DNA of 64,000 nt from an uncultured Bdellovibrionales bacterium (GCA_964612055.1 CAZTBI010000001.1:420824-484823); one strand, 5' to 3'. Counted from the stretch's first letter, positions 27,113 through 37,548 are shown. Notes: generated from the sequence alone by a model not told the origin. Numbers and translations: made by a program.

Positions 27113-28216
27113 ATGTCAGAAAACAATCATAAATACGCTCACGCCTTTCTTGCCATTCCGAATATCGGAAGTGGCACATTACGAACCTTGGCGGCTCACT
27201 TCGGAAGCATGGAGAAAGCCTGGTTTGCTTCTCCAGAAGAGATCGCTGGCGTTCCAAAGATGCGCCCAGAAAAGAAAGAAGCGCTCATCATTGGACGGAA
27301 GAGCATCAACCCAGAGGAAACGTGGGAGAAATTTCTCACACAAGAAATCAAGCTCTTCCTTCCAGAAGATCCAGAATTTCCAGACCTCCTTCGAGAAATT
27401 CCCGATCCCCCCTACACGCTCTATATAGAAGGGAATTTTGATTGGGCGAAGCAGACGCCCATGGTCGCTATCGTTGGTTCGCGAAAATTTACCGCCTATG
27501 GAGAGCAGGTAGCGGCACGCCTAAGCGAAGATCTGACCCGTGCCGGAATAGTGGTCGTTTCAGGACTGGCTTTTGGAATTGATTCCGTTGCCCATGAGGC
27601 AGCGCTCGAAGCAAACGGCGAGACCATCGCCGTTCTCGGAAGCGGTATCCAAAGCATCTCTCCATCCAGTCACATCCCACTCGCCAAGAAAATTATGGGA
27701 CACGGCGCGGTGATCAGTGAGTATCCGCCGACTCTGGGAGGAGGGAAATGGACCTTTGCAGAACGCAATCGCATCATCGCTGGGATGACCCTTGGGACCA
27801 TCGTCATCGAAGCTGCCGAGAAAAGCGGTAGCCTCATCACAGCTCAGTGTGCCCTCGAATACAACCGCGAGGTTTTTGCTGTCCCTGGATCAGTCTTTTC
27901 TCCCTACTCCATCGGTACCAACAACTTGATCAAGCGAGGCGCTAAAGTCGTCACTGGGTTACAGGATATCTTAGAAGAACTCAGCCAAGAAAACCTTTTC
28001 TCCAGTCAAGAAAAAGGCCAGAAGAAAAAAGAGGTTACCGGCCTTTCACCTGAAGAACAAAAGGTTCTCTCTTTGCTTTCTCACGAACCACTTCACATTG
28101 ACAAGATCATCAAAGCGACTACACTGCAAACAGCCGCCGCCAGTTCTCTCTTGGCATTACTCGAAATCAAAGGCCTTGCCAAGAATGTCGGTGGCATGCA
28201 CTATGTAAGAACGTAG
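27113..28216 (+). CDS. dprA: DNA-processing protein A (DprA/Smf)
   Basis: DprA Rossmann-like domain motifs (IVGSRKFTAYGEQ..., GLAFGIDSVAHEAAL) and a C-terminal winged-helix-like tail. Confidence 0.9.
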   Translation: MSENNHKYAHAFLAIPNIGSGTLRTLAAHFGSMEKAWFASPEEIAGVPKMRPEKKEALIIGRKSINPEETWEKFLTQEIKLFLPEDPEFPDLLREIPDPPYTLYIEGNFDWAKQTPMVAIVGSRKFTAYGEQVAARLSEDLTRAGIVVVSGLAFGIDSVAHEAALEANGETIAVLGSGIQSISPSSHIPLAKKIMGHGAVISEYPPTLGGGKWTFAERNRIIAGMTLGTIVIEAAEKSGSLITAQCALEYNREVFAVPGSVFSPYSIGTNNLIKRGAKVVTGLQDILEELSQENLFSSQEKGQKKKEVTGLSPEEQKVLSLLSHEPLHIDKIIKATTLQTAAASSLLALLEIKGLAKNVGGMHYVRT

Positions 28217-28238
28217 TAGCATAAACTTTTTTCAAAAT

Positions 28239-30449
28239 ATGAAACTCCTCATCGTCGAATCACCATCAAAAGCCAAGACCATAGAAAAATATCTTGACGG
28301 CGAATACCGTGTCGTCGCCTCTGTTGGTCATGTGCGTGATCTGCCCAAGAGCAATAAAAAGGCTATCGATATCCCTGGTGGCTTCATCCCGCACTACGAA
28401 ATCTCTCCCGGTAAAGAGAAGATTGTCAGCGAACTGAAATCACTCGCCAAGAAATCAAGCGAAGTCTTACTCGCCACCGACCCCGACCGTGAGGGAGAAG
28501 CGATTGCTTGGCATGTCGCCGAGACCTGCGGACTAAAGAGGCCGCAGCGCGTTCTCTTTTACGAAATCACTCCTGATGCCGTCAAAGAAGCTATCAAACA
28601 TCCTCGCGCCCTCGATGAGAATCTGCGCCGCGCTCAAGAAGCACGCCGTGTTCTCGATCGCTTGGTAGGCTATGACCTCTCCGGACTGATCTGGAAAAAA
28701 GTTCGCTATGGCTTATCTGCTGGTCGCGTCCAATCCCCCGCCCTTCATATCTTGGTCGTGCGCGAAAAAGAAATCCGCGCCTTTGTTCCTGATCTCTACT
28801 TCCTCTTCACAGGACAATTCCTCTCGGCTGCCAAAAAGCCGCTCACTCTCACCTATACCAGCGAACCCCGTCCAAAAAGTGAGGAAGATGCTGTACGAAA
28901 AACGGCCGACGATATTGTACGCTTGGGAGAAAAGAGTCAGTGGACCATTCTCGATGTCAAAGAAACCCCGGCTCAAAAAAATCCCTACCCACCGTTTACG
29001 ACTTCCACCCTGCAACAAGCAGCCAGTTCCCGTCTCGGACTTTCGCCGAGCATGACTATGCGCCTGGCTCAGAAACTCTATGAGGCTGGCCATATCTCCT
29101 ACATGCGTACCGACAGCGTCAATTTGAACGAAGACGTGATTAAAAAAATCAGTGGGCTCGTGAAAAAAGAATATGGCGCTGAATATGCCGAAGAACGGCG
29201 TTACAAAACCAAGAGTAAGAATGCTCAAGAAGCTCATGAAGCAATCCGTCCGACACATCCGGAGATGAAGAATGCCGGCACGGGCGATGGGGAACGCAAA
29301 CTCTACAATCTGATTCGTACCCGCACCATCGCTTCCCAGATGGCTGCCGCCAAGATCCTCCGCACTAAGGTCATCGCCGAAGCCAGCGAAAAGGAAGTAC
29401 CAAATTTCTCAGCCACTGGTTCTGTCGTACTCTTCCCGGGATGGTATGCTTGTGACCAAGCTGCCCGCGGTGAAGACAGCGAATTTCCGAAAATTGCTGT
29501 CGGCGAAAAACTGAATCTCGAGACTCTGGTTTCGGAAGAGAAATGGACGACTCCGCCTAACCGCTATTCTGAGGCCGGACTCGTCAAGGAACTCGAAAAA
29601 CGCGGCATCGGTCGCCCGAGTACCTATGCGTCCATTATCAAAACCATTATCGATCGTGGCTATGTGATCAAAGATGGCAAAGCCCTCATGCCAACCGAAA
29701 CCGGTGAAGTGGTCGATGATTTTTTGGCCAAACATTTTTCTGAAATTGTTTCTGACGTCTTCACGGCCGAAATGGAAGGCAAGCTCGATGATATCGCAGA
29801 AGGAACACGCGAGTACGAAAAAACACTGAAAGAATTTTACACTCCGTTTACCAAAGAAGTGAAAAGTAAAGACAAGCTCGAAAAGATGACCAACCTCGGT
29901 GACGCCCCAGCCGACATTCTTTGTCCCAAGTGCCAGAGCGCCATGATTGTGAAGCTCGCCAAAAACGGCAAATTCCTCTCCTGCTCTCGTTTTCCAGAAT
30001 GCGATGGTGCCCGCACTATCGACGGCATAGAACTCGAAGGACCGAAAGAAACCGGTGAAGCCTGTCCCGAATGCAAAGACGGGAAACTGGTGGAACGCGA
30101 TGGTCGCTTCGGACGCTTCATTGCTTGCTCCAACTACCCGAAGTGTAAGCACATCAAAAACGATCCGACCCTCAACCCGACAACTGGCGTCAAATGTCCC
30201 CTCTGTAACGCTGGTGAGATGACGGAGCGTCGTGGCCGCTTTGGCATCTTCTACAGTTGCACCAACTACCCAAAGTGTAGAAATGCCATCAAAGCCAAAC
30301 CGACTGGCAATATCTGCCACTTTATCCGTGAGGATAAAGATGGAAAAGAATGTGGCGCCCTCATGATGGAGGGAACAAAAACTATTCCAGAACGCTGCTC
30401 GGACAAAACCTGTCCTAATCACAATCCTCACAAGCTTGAGAAGAAGTAA
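28239..30449 (+). CDS. topA: DNA topoisomerase I with C-terminal zinc-ribbon repeats
   Basis: TOPRIM N-terminus MKLLIVESPSKAKTIEKYL..., a catalytic Tyr region, and four C4 zinc fingers (CPKC...C..C motifs). Confidence 0.95.
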   Translation: MKLLIVESPSKAKTIEKYLDGEYRVVASVGHVRDLPKSNKKAIDIPGGFIPHYEISPGKEKIVSELKSLAKKSSEVLLATDPDREGEAIAWHVAETCGLKRPQRVLFYEITPDAVKEAIKHPRALDENLRRAQEARRVLDRLVGYDLSGLIWKKVRYGLSAGRVQSPALHILVVREKEIRAFVPDLYFLFTGQFLSAAKKPLTLTYTSEPRPKSEEDAVRKTADDIVRLGEKSQWTILDVKETPAQKNPYPPFTTSTLQQAASSRLGLSPSMTMRLAQKLYEAGHISYMRTDSVNLNEDVIKKISGLVKKEYGAEYAEERRYKTKSKNAQEAHEAIRPTHPEMKNAGTGDGERKLYNLIRTRTIASQMAAAKILRTKVIAEASEKEVPNFSATGSVVLFPGWYACDQAARGEDSEFPKIAVGEKLNLETLVSEEKWTTPPNRYSEAGLVKELEKRGIGRPSTYASIIKTIIDRGYVIKDGKALMPTETGEVVDDFLAKHFSEIVSDVFTAEMEGKLDDIAEGTREYEKTLKEFYTPFTKEVKSKDKLEKMTNLGDAPADILCPKCQSAMIVKLAKNGKFLSCSRFPECDGARTIDGIELEGPKETGEACPECKDGKLVERDGRFGRFIACSNYPKCKHIKNDPTLNPTTGVKCPLCNAGEMTERRGRFGIFYSCTNYPKCRNAIKAKPTGNICHFIREDKDGKECGALMMEGTKTIPERCSDKTCPNHNPHKLEKK

Positions 30450-30465
30450 TTCTTTGTAAAAGAAA

Positions 30466-30508
30466 AAAGGCGGTCGCGCGTTACGCAGATCGCCTTTTGA
30501 TTTTGACT
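30466..30508 (+). terminator. Rho-independent terminator after topA (GGCGGTC...GATCGCC stem, then TTTTGATTTTG)
   Basis: Imperfect 7-bp stem followed by a T-run, 17 nt after the topA stop. Confidence 0.55.
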
Positions 30509-30519
30509 TCCGTCCGTCT

Positions 30520-31008
30520 CTAGTCCTGCAGAGCCTGTATTGACTCAAAGTACGCAGACAGAACATCTATGTCTTGCGGGAAGCGCCCGGCAAGCGTGAT
30601 CTGATCACTGAGATTGATGACGAAGCCCTGCATCCGCTCGTCCTGTACCCGGAACTCCAAGGAAATTCCGGGCTCGCTCCGCAGATACCTGAGAATGAAT
30701 TCGAGGAAACTTTGCTCAAACTTTCCCTGAGCTGAAAGCCCTCTCCACTTCTTATGAAGCTCCGCATAGCCAGAAACGCCCTCCAACGTAAAGCCATTGG
30801 TGTCGGCCTGCACAGGGTTGCCGTTGCCGGCGAGGGTGATGACGGCGTAAATTGTTGAGCTGAGCGAGGGAGGACGCTCAATACTCCGTAACTCCAGCCA
30901 AAGGCTCACGAAATCAAACAGGCGAAACCCTCCCGGAGTGACGATGACTTCATTGGCACTTAAGAGCATGCGACCTCCACACATTCTGAGATTGGGGAAA
31001 CTTATCAA
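30520..31008 (-). CDS. Hypothetical protein (162 aa)
   Basis: ORF in the track; no family recognised. Confidence 0.4.
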   Translation of the reverse strand: MISFPNLRMCGGRMLLSANEVIVTPGGFRLFDFVSLWLELRSIERPPSLSSTIYAVITLAGNGNPVQADTNGFTLEGVSGYAELHKKWRGLSAQGKFEQSFLEFILRYLRSEPGISLEFRVQDERMQGFVINLSDQITLAGRFPQDIDVLSAYFESIQALQD

Positions 31009-31082
31009 AGGCTCATCTAAGCCTCAGATAGCACAATAATAGCATGCACACCGAAAGCGTCAAGCAACGCCCAAAAAGGAGT

Positions 31083-31889
31083 TTACGCTCGAAAATACTG
31101 AACAAAATATGAAATAAGGAAAGCAATGAGGGTGCAGAGAGCAATAGCTGCTCCACTCGGGATGCCCCATACAAAAGCCAGTGTAAATCCAGAGATCACG
31201 GTGAGCTCCGAAAGAGCAAGACTGAGAAGCAGCGTTTTCTTGAACCCGAGTCGCCACTGAAGCGCTGCCATCACCGGCAAAACAATGAGAGAGCTGACGA
31301 GTAGTACTCCAACTATTTTGATCGAAACCGCTACTACCATCGACGCAAAAAGCATGAAGATCAGGTTGAGCCGTCGCACCGGAACGCCATTCACTTTCGC
31401 GAGATCTTCATCTAAGGTCGCCAAAAAAAGCTGACGATAGAAAGCCAGAAAGAAGGCAATGAGAACGCTGGCGATACCAAGGAGGAGAAAAAAGTCATGA
31501 CCGATAACGAGTGTCAGATCTCCAAAAAGGTAGGCCTCAATTTCTTCGGCATCTATGCCCTTCAGAGCGAAGAGGAGAACAGCGAGAGACAGGCTGCCCG
31601 AGAGAAACAAAGCAAGCGTCGCCTCAGACAAAACGCGACGCGACTGTCGAAACAACTCAATCGCTACACCGCCGAATACTGCTCCGAGAAACGCTCCGAC
31701 GGTCATCGGAAATCCAAACCAAGAACTGAGCGCCACGCCGAAAAGCGAAACGTGGGAAAGGGTATCAGCTAAGAGCGAGAAGCGGCGCATCACCAAAAAA
31801 ATTCCTACCAAAGGCGCAAGTATCCCAAGGAGGAGCGCCACGCCGAGAGCCGAGAACAATGAGTAATCTTGAAGAAACGTAGTATCCAT
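31083..31889 (-). CDS. znuB: Metal (Zn/Mn) ABC transporter permease
   Basis: 8-TM ABC-3 family permease pattern, adjacent to the ATPase and a Fur-family regulator. Confidence 0.8.
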   Translation of the reverse strand: MDTTFLQDYSLFSALGVALLLGILAPLVGIFLVMRRFSLLADTLSHVSLFGVALSSWFGFPMTVGAFLGAVFGGVAIELFRQSRRVLSEATLALFLSGSLSLAVLLFALKGIDAEEIEAYLFGDLTLVIGHDFFLLLGIASVLIAFFLAFYRQLFLATLDEDLAKVNGVPVRRLNLIFMLFASMVVAVSIKIVGVLLVSSLIVLPVMAALQWRLGFKKTLLLSLALSELTVISGFTLAFVWGIPSGAAIALCTLIAFLISYFVQYFRA

Positions 31890-31901
31890 AGAAAGAAAAA
31901 A

Positions 31902-32666
31902 TTATTGATGCGAATGCCACGTCTGAGAACCAAAGACTGCTTCGATCACCTTTGACTCATGCAGACCCTCAGCTGGTCCATGATAGACGAGCTTGCGGTT
32001 GAGGCACAGAGCTGACTTGGCATGATGCGCCAAGGCCTCAAGATCATGTGACACCAAAAGAATGGTTTTTCCGTGCTCTTCGTTCAGTTTTTTGAGGAGT
32101 GAATAAAACGACTCCTCCGTCGCCAAGTCGATTCCCGCTGTCGGTTCATCAAGCACCAAGAGGACCGGGTCCGAAAGAAGCGCCTGAGCAATAAACGCTC
32201 GCTGCTCTTCGCCACCAGAGAGTTCTCCGATACGTCGTTTCAACAAATGACGGATGCCAACAATATCAGTTATGGTATCGATTTTTTCACGGAGTTTTTT
32301 GCGCTCTTCCTTACTTGGGAAAAATGATTTGAAAGGATAGCCAGCCGCAATCACTTCTTCTACGGTTGCCGGAAAGTTCGCCTCTCCTTCAAAACCCTTC
32401 TGCGGCACATACCCAATTTTTGCCCACTCCCGAAAATGTTCAATTGGTTTCCCGAAAAGTTCAATACCACCTGTTTGAAGTGGCAACAAACCAAGAAGTA
32501 ATTTCAAAAACGTACTTTTCCCAGAGCCATTCGGACCAATGATCCCGACATATTCTCCAACGTTTATAGAAAAAGAAAGATTCTCAAAAATTTGACGGTC
32601 CGCTCGATACCGAAAAGAGAGGTCAGAAACTTTGATGAGAGGCTGCGGCGTATTACTTGGATTCAT
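31902..32666 (-). CDS. znuC: Metal ABC transporter ATP-binding protein
   Basis: Walker A GPNGSGKST, signature LSGGEEQR and Walker B LLVLDEP. Confidence 0.85.
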   Translation of the reverse strand: MNPSNTPQPLIKVSDLSFRYRADRQIFENLSFSINVGEYVGIIGPNGSGKSTFLKLLLGLLPLQTGGIELFGKPIEHFREWAKIGYVPQKGFEGEANFPATVEEVIAAGYPFKSFFPSKEERKKLREKIDTITDIVGIRHLLKRRIGELSGGEEQRAFIAQALLSDPVLLVLDEPTAGIDLATEESFYSLLKKLNEEHGKTILLVSHDLEALAHHAKSALCLNRKLVYHGPAEGLHESKVIEAVFGSQTWHSHQ

Positions 32667-32675
32667 AGGAGAAGA

Positions 32676-33110
32676 TTAACATGTAGATTGAGCGAGACAC
32701 GAACGACACTTACCATAAAATTCGATGGCATGAGTAGCGATGAGAAAATTCACTTTCTTACTGAGCACTTCTGCTTGTTTCAAAAGTGACGCGTCTTGAA
32801 AAGCAATATCCAATACCTGGTCACATTCGAGGCAAACGAGGTGATGATGGTGTCCGCGACTCACCAATTCAAAATACTGCTTCCGATCTTGCAACCGAAT
32901 ACTATGGAGTATTCCAACTTTTTCTAAGCGCTCGAGTTCTCGGTACACTGTCGTCTTGTTTACATCGTGACCTCGCTTCTTGAGTGCCTGTTTCAAAATG
33001 AGAGCAGAAAGTGGCTGATGATTTTCAAGAAAAAGATCGAGCAGAATACTCCTGGTCCGAGTCAGGCGCATTCCTTGCTTTCTCAAAATGGAGAGGATTT
33101 CTTGTTTCAT
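32676..33110 (-). CDS. zur: Fur family transcriptional regulator (Zur-like)
   Basis: N-terminal winged helix, HHHLVCLECD and CxxC metal sites, and operon context with znuCB. Confidence 0.8.
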   Translation of the reverse strand: MKQEILSILRKQGMRLTRTRSILLDLFLENHQPLSALILKQALKKRGHDVNKTTVYRELERLEKVGILHSIRLQDRKQYFELVSRGHHHHLVCLECDQVLDIAFQDASLLKQAEVLSKKVNFLIATHAIEFYGKCRSCLAQSTC

Positions 33111-33239
33111 ACTTCTTCCGTGTATTACGGTATTTTTATACTAACGCAACTGAGTTGCATTTGTCAAGCCCGAAGAAAAAATTTGCTCTTCCATAGGTAT
33201 TTCGCCTATACTAATGACACTAAAGGAGGTGTACGTTTT

Positions 33240-34739
33240 ATGGGTCCCATATCTCTCAAAGATGTCTTGACGTCAGCTCCCCGCCCCTTTCAAAGTGAGG
33301 CGGAGAAGTTCATTGTGGAGGCCTATCAGTTCGCCGAAACTGCTCATCGTGGACAAAAACGAAAATCGGGTGAAGATTACATCGTCCATTCACTCCATGT
33401 GGCCAAAAATCTATCCGAAATCGGCATGGATGAAAAGACCATTGCCGCCGGACTCCTTCATGACGTTCCCGAAGATACTGAGGTGACACTGGCTCAGGTG
33501 GAGGAGAAATTCGGAAGCGACGTCGCTCTCTTGGTTGATGGCATCACCAAGCTTGGAAAAATCAAACTTCGTGGTTCCAAGGAGGAATACTATCTCGAAA
33601 ACCTACGCAAGATGTTCCTCGCCATGGCGCAGGATATCCGCGTCGTGATTGTGAAACTGGCCGATCGTCTTCATAACATGCGCACCCTCGAGTATCTCCC
33701 TCCAGAAAAACAGGAGCGCATTGCTCGTGAGACGCTCGAAATCTACGCCCCTATCGCCAATCGTCTCGGTATCGGTGAAATCAAAGGTGAGTTGGAAGAC
33801 CTGTGCTTCATGTATCTTGATCCCACGCACTACCAAGAGACCAAGAAAATCGAAGAGACCTACCTTCATGAAGGCAAGGCCTATTTGGAGCGGACCGTGA
33901 AGTTCTTTCGTGATTTTCTGACAAAAGAAAAAATTCGCGTGACCGATATGAGTGGTCGCACGAAACACCTGTACCGTCTCTATCAGAAACTGAAGCGCCA
34001 TGACATGGATATCACCCGTATCTATGACTTGGTCGCTATCCGTATCATTGTTCCAGAAGTGGCTGACTGCTACGAAGCTCTGGGTATCATCCACCGTGAA
34101 TACCGACCAATGGTAGGACGAATCAAAGACTACATCTCCCTTCCAAAACCAAACGGCTACCAGTCACTGCACACCACCATCTTCGGCCCTGATGGACGCA
34201 TTCTCGAAATTCAGATTCGCACCCAAAAGATGCACGATGAAGCCGAATACGGTATCGCCGCCCACTGGCTCTATACCGAGAAAACACGTTCTATCTGGCG
34301 CAATATTTTTACCCGCCGCAAAGATCCTGCTACTGCCCCAAGAGAGCTCCTCTGGGTCAATCAACTGAAAGAGTGGCAAAAAGAAATCGGTCGCGACGAC
34401 AAGGAATTTATTGAGGGACTCAAAATAGAATTCTTCAAAAACCACATCTTCGCCTTTACTCCGAAGGGTGATATCATCGAGCTTCCCGAAGAAGCGACAC
34501 CGATCGACTTTGCCTACGCTATTCACAGTGAAATTGGCCACCGCGCTGTCGGCGCCAAAGCAGATGGCCGGATGGTACCGCTTGATTCTTTCATAGAGAA
34601 CGCTCAGGTTATCGAAATCCTCACGGTCAAAGAAAAGAAAAAGCCCAGCCGTGATTGGCTCGACTTCGTCAAAACTTCTACTGCCAAATCTCACATTCGG
34701 CACGCCCTGCGTCACAGTGAATTCAAAAAAGAAGAGTAA
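33240..34739 (+). CDS. (p)ppGpp synthetase/hydrolase, RelA/SpoT homolog (HD, synthetase and TGS domains). The start at 33240 has a strong SD AAAGGAGGTG; the track ORF begins at 32967.
   Basis: HD motif (HSLHVA...LLHDVPED) and a synthetase motif (DLVAIRIIV...YQSLHTT). Confidence 0.9.
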   Translation: MGPISLKDVLTSAPRPFQSEAEKFIVEAYQFAETAHRGQKRKSGEDYIVHSLHVAKNLSEIGMDEKTIAAGLLHDVPEDTEVTLAQVEEKFGSDVALLVDGITKLGKIKLRGSKEEYYLENLRKMFLAMAQDIRVVIVKLADRLHNMRTLEYLPPEKQERIARETLEIYAPIANRLGIGEIKGELEDLCFMYLDPTHYQETKKIEETYLHEGKAYLERTVKFFRDFLTKEKIRVTDMSGRTKHLYRLYQKLKRHDMDITRIYDLVAIRIIVPEVADCYEALGIIHREYRPMVGRIKDYISLPKPNGYQSLHTTIFGPDGRILEIQIRTQKMHDEAEYGIAAHWLYTEKTRSIWRNIFTRRKDPATAPRELLWVNQLKEWQKEIGRDDKEFIEGLKIEFFKNHIFAFTPKGDIIELPEEATPIDFAYAIHSEIGHRAVGAKADGRMVPLDSFIENAQVIEILTVKEKKKPSRDWLDFVKTSTAKSHIRHALRHSEFKKEE

Positions 34740-34748
34740 GCATCGTTA

Positions 34749-36494
34749 CTACTCTTTCGTCGCCCGCATCACTTCTTCAAGCGAGGTCACTCCCTGAACA
34801 ATTTTCAGGAAGCCGTCTTCGACCATCGTTGCCATACCGGCCTTCTTGGCAGCTGTTTCAATCTCTTCCGTGGTAGCTTCTTGTGTCACCATTTTACGAA
34901 TCTCTGTATCCATAGCCAACACTTCGTAGATACCATTTCGGCCACGATACCCTTCGCCACCACACTGATCACAACCAACTGCCTTGTAGAAAGTCACTTC
35001 TTCCCACGTCTTGGCACTTTCCACAAATTTTTTACTCCCAGGTTCTTTTTTCAGGTACTCCAACACTGCCGCAATATCATACAACTTCCCGAGCGACTCC
35101 ACCTCTTTCTTCTCAAGGGTGTACGGTTTACGACATTCTGGACAGAGGCGCCGCACCAGACGCTGAGCCACGATCACATTGACGGTTGAAGCAATAAGAA
35201 AAGGCTCGGCCCCCATATCAAGCATACGCGGCAACGTAGCAGCGGCGCTGTTGGTGTGAAGGGTCGAAAGTACCAAGTGACCCGTCATAGCGGCATGCAT
35301 AGCAATTTCGAGCGTCTCCTGATCACGAATTTCCCCCACCATGATGATATCCGGATCCTGACGCAGAAGCGCTCGGAGGGCGGCGGCAAATGTCATACCT
35401 ACCTTGGAGCTAATCTGTGTCTGATTGACACGGGGCATGCGATACTCCACTGGATCTTCTACCGTGGAAACATTGACCTCTGGCGTATTCAAAATATCCA
35501 TGACGGTATACAGAGTCGTCGTCTTTCCAGAACCCGTCGGTCCAGTGACCAAAATCATACCGTTTGGTTTGTTGATTTCCCGATGCACCGCTTCAAGCGC
35601 CGGACCGTTCAAGCCCATTTTCTCAAGCGTCAGTCCCTTAGAGGATTCATCAAGCAAACGCATGACGATCTTTTCCCCATCAAACACCGGCAAGATACTA
35701 ACACGAAAAGAAATCTTGTAGTCATCTTTTTCAATTTTGAAACGACCGTCCTGTGGCAAACGGTGTTCATCTAGTTTGAGATTAGAAAGCACTTTGATAC
35801 GCGCCACAATACCGGAAGCAATATCTCGAGGCAAGGTCATAGCATCATGGAGTACGCCATCAATACGATAACGCACATGCACCTCTTTCTCTTCTGGCTC
35901 GATATGGATATCGCTCGCTGACTGCAAGATAGCGTGCTTCAGAAGCGTATCCACCACACGAATAACCGGCAGTCCGGCTGCGACTTGTTCCAAATTCTTA
36001 TCATCTTCATCCGACTCGGTCTTCACATCGGCGGTCAAGATATCACCGAACTCTGCCTCCAAACTCCTCCCATACTGCCGCAGCACGCTCTGGATACTTT
36101 CCCGACTCGTCAGACACGGAATAATTTTCAGACCAGTCTTCTTTTTGATGAAATCAATAGTCTGCAAATCCTCAGGATTCAACATGGCCACCTTCAGATT
36201 GGTACCACTCTTCTCGAAGGAAACGATGTTGTATTTCTTGGCGATGAGTTCCGGAACCACCTGCAAAATCTCGATCGGTACCGCTTCTTTAGAAAGATCC
36301 ACAAAAGGAAAGCCTAGGATATAGGCGTACGTTTTCTGCAGATCCACTTCGTTAATCAGTTTTTTCTCTAAAAGCAAAACGCCGAGATCCTTTTGATCTT
36401 TCTTGGCTTCTATCAAAACTTCCTCCAATTTGTCTTTGGGTACCAAGTTTGAGTCAGAAAGAAACTGCTCCAGTTGTTTGGCATCAATACGCAT
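34749..36494 (-). CDS. pilB: Type IV pilus assembly/type II secretion ATPase (PilB/GspE family)
   Basis: Walker A GPTGSGKTTT, tetracysteine zinc motif CPECRK...CDQCGGEGY, and an N-terminal GSPII domain. Confidence 0.9.
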   Translation of the reverse strand: MRIDAKQLEQFLSDSNLVPKDKLEEVLIEAKKDQKDLGVLLLEKKLINEVDLQKTYAYILGFPFVDLSKEAVPIEILQVVPELIAKKYNIVSFEKSGTNLKVAMLNPEDLQTIDFIKKKTGLKIIPCLTSRESIQSVLRQYGRSLEAEFGDILTADVKTESDEDDKNLEQVAAGLPVIRVVDTLLKHAILQSASDIHIEPEEKEVHVRYRIDGVLHDAMTLPRDIASGIVARIKVLSNLKLDEHRLPQDGRFKIEKDDYKISFRVSILPVFDGEKIVMRLLDESSKGLTLEKMGLNGPALEAVHREINKPNGMILVTGPTGSGKTTTLYTVMDILNTPEVNVSTVEDPVEYRMPRVNQTQISSKVGMTFAAALRALLRQDPDIIMVGEIRDQETLEIAMHAAMTGHLVLSTLHTNSAAATLPRMLDMGAEPFLIASTVNVIVAQRLVRRLCPECRKPYTLEKKEVESLGKLYDIAAVLEYLKKEPGSKKFVESAKTWEEVTFYKAVGCDQCGGEGYRGRNGIYEVLAMDTEIRKMVTQEATTEEIETAAKKAGMATMVEDGFLKIVQGVTSLEEVMRATKE

Positions 36495-36618
36495 ATTTTT
36501 GTCTCTATTTTCCTCAAGTATACCACAAAAAAATCCTCTGAAAAAAGAAAAACTCCCTAATCCAGGTTCGGACGGGAGTCGAGTAAAAAAACAAACACTT
36601 TCACGCCTAGTCGCCCAT

Positions 36619-37236
36619 TCAGGTGAACGTCAACAGCACCAGATCTTTGGGGCACTCGCTGGAATCATTCTCCTTCTGAGGCAGGCCCATGGTCCAGATC
36701 GCTTGGCCAATCATGGAGAAGTGACTGATCTGCACCAACCACCTTTTCGTTCCCTTGGTGGTGGCACCACTTGGATCGGTCTTGGTGACGCCAGCATCGC
36801 CAAGGTACAGCACTGCGCCACGGTCATTTTTTGGGACAACCGGCGCAGAAAAACGATGCCCTCCGAAAACCAGGCTCTGAAGACGAATCCATGGGGCAAC
36901 TTGATGCTTGCTTGCCGCGACACCATGCTGCGGGAAGTCCGTATAGAGAGTGCTCCAGGGAACAGGCTTCGGAGCCCGCCAGCAGTACACCGTTTGCTGC
37001 TCTGGAAGATCCGAAACGACGACCGGTTCGAAGGTGCTCATCACCTTGTTCCGAAAGTCTGGACTTATATACAGCCGACGATCTGGATCGGATTCCTTTT
37101 CCCAATCGGCAAAGTACCTGCCGTGAAAGAGTTTCACGATATGCCCGAAACCGACTGGCACCCGAACCGTAGGGAAATGGAAGGCCTGAAAGCATTCGAA
37201 ATAGGCCGTACTCGGAGGCAAAACGATTGAGCTCAT
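36619..37236 (-). CDS. Hypothetical protein (206 aa) in a GC-rich segment. Start at 37236 with SD AAGGAG; the track ORF extends to 37308.
   Basis: Protein-like ORF; the overlapping plus-strand ORF 36403..37230 looks like an antisense artefact. Confidence 0.45.
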   Translation of the reverse strand: MSSIVLPPSTAYFECFQAFHFPTVRVPVGFGHIVKLFHGRYFADWEKESDPDRRLYISPDFRNKVMSTFEPVVVSDLPEQQTVYCWRAPKPVPWSTLYTDFPQHGVAASKHQVAPWIRLQSLVFGGHRFSAPVVPKNDRGAVLYLGDAGVTKTDPSGATTKGTKRWLVQISHFSMIGQAIWTMGLPQKENDSSECPKDLVLLTFT

Positions 37237-37368
37237 GGTTTTCTCCTTGGACGTTGTACAACGAACTCTGAAGCACTCGAGTCGAGCGGTATTGAGAGGA
37301 TGCCTCAAAACAGTTCCACTATAGTACTCTTTCTTATTTTTGCCAAATTTAAGGAAAGCTTCTCGGAG

Positions 37369-37548
37369 GCTATATCTTAAACACGATCACATCGCCATCT
37401 TGGACGATGTAGTCTTTGCCCTCGAGACGGAGTGTCCCCTGGTCACGGGCAGCGCTCCAAGAGCCAGCTTCAAGCAGTTTGGTCCAGTGAATTATTTCCG
37501 CTCGAATAAATTTTTCCTCGAAGTCACCATGAATAGCCGCTCCCGTAT
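37369..37548 (-). pseudogene. Duplicated 3' fragment of ychF. It encodes only the C-terminal 58 aa (...GAAIHGDFEEKFIRAEIIHWTKLLEAGSWSAARDQGTLRLEGKDYIVQDGDVIVFKI*) and has no start.
   Basis: About 174 nt at roughly 85% nucleotide identity to 48629-48800, the 3' end of ychF. The peptide is identical to YchF except for 3 conservative changes. An in-frame stop lies immediately upstream. Confidence 0.75.

Noticed and set aside
36403-37230. 275-aa plus-strand ORF and overlapping minus ORFs 36711..36926 and 36824..37276
   Set aside because: A GC-rich region yields long open frames on several strands. The minus-strand 36619-37236 frame is preferred because of its SD sequence (AAGGAG) and protein-like sequence. 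The others are Arg/Ser/Pro-rich artefacts.
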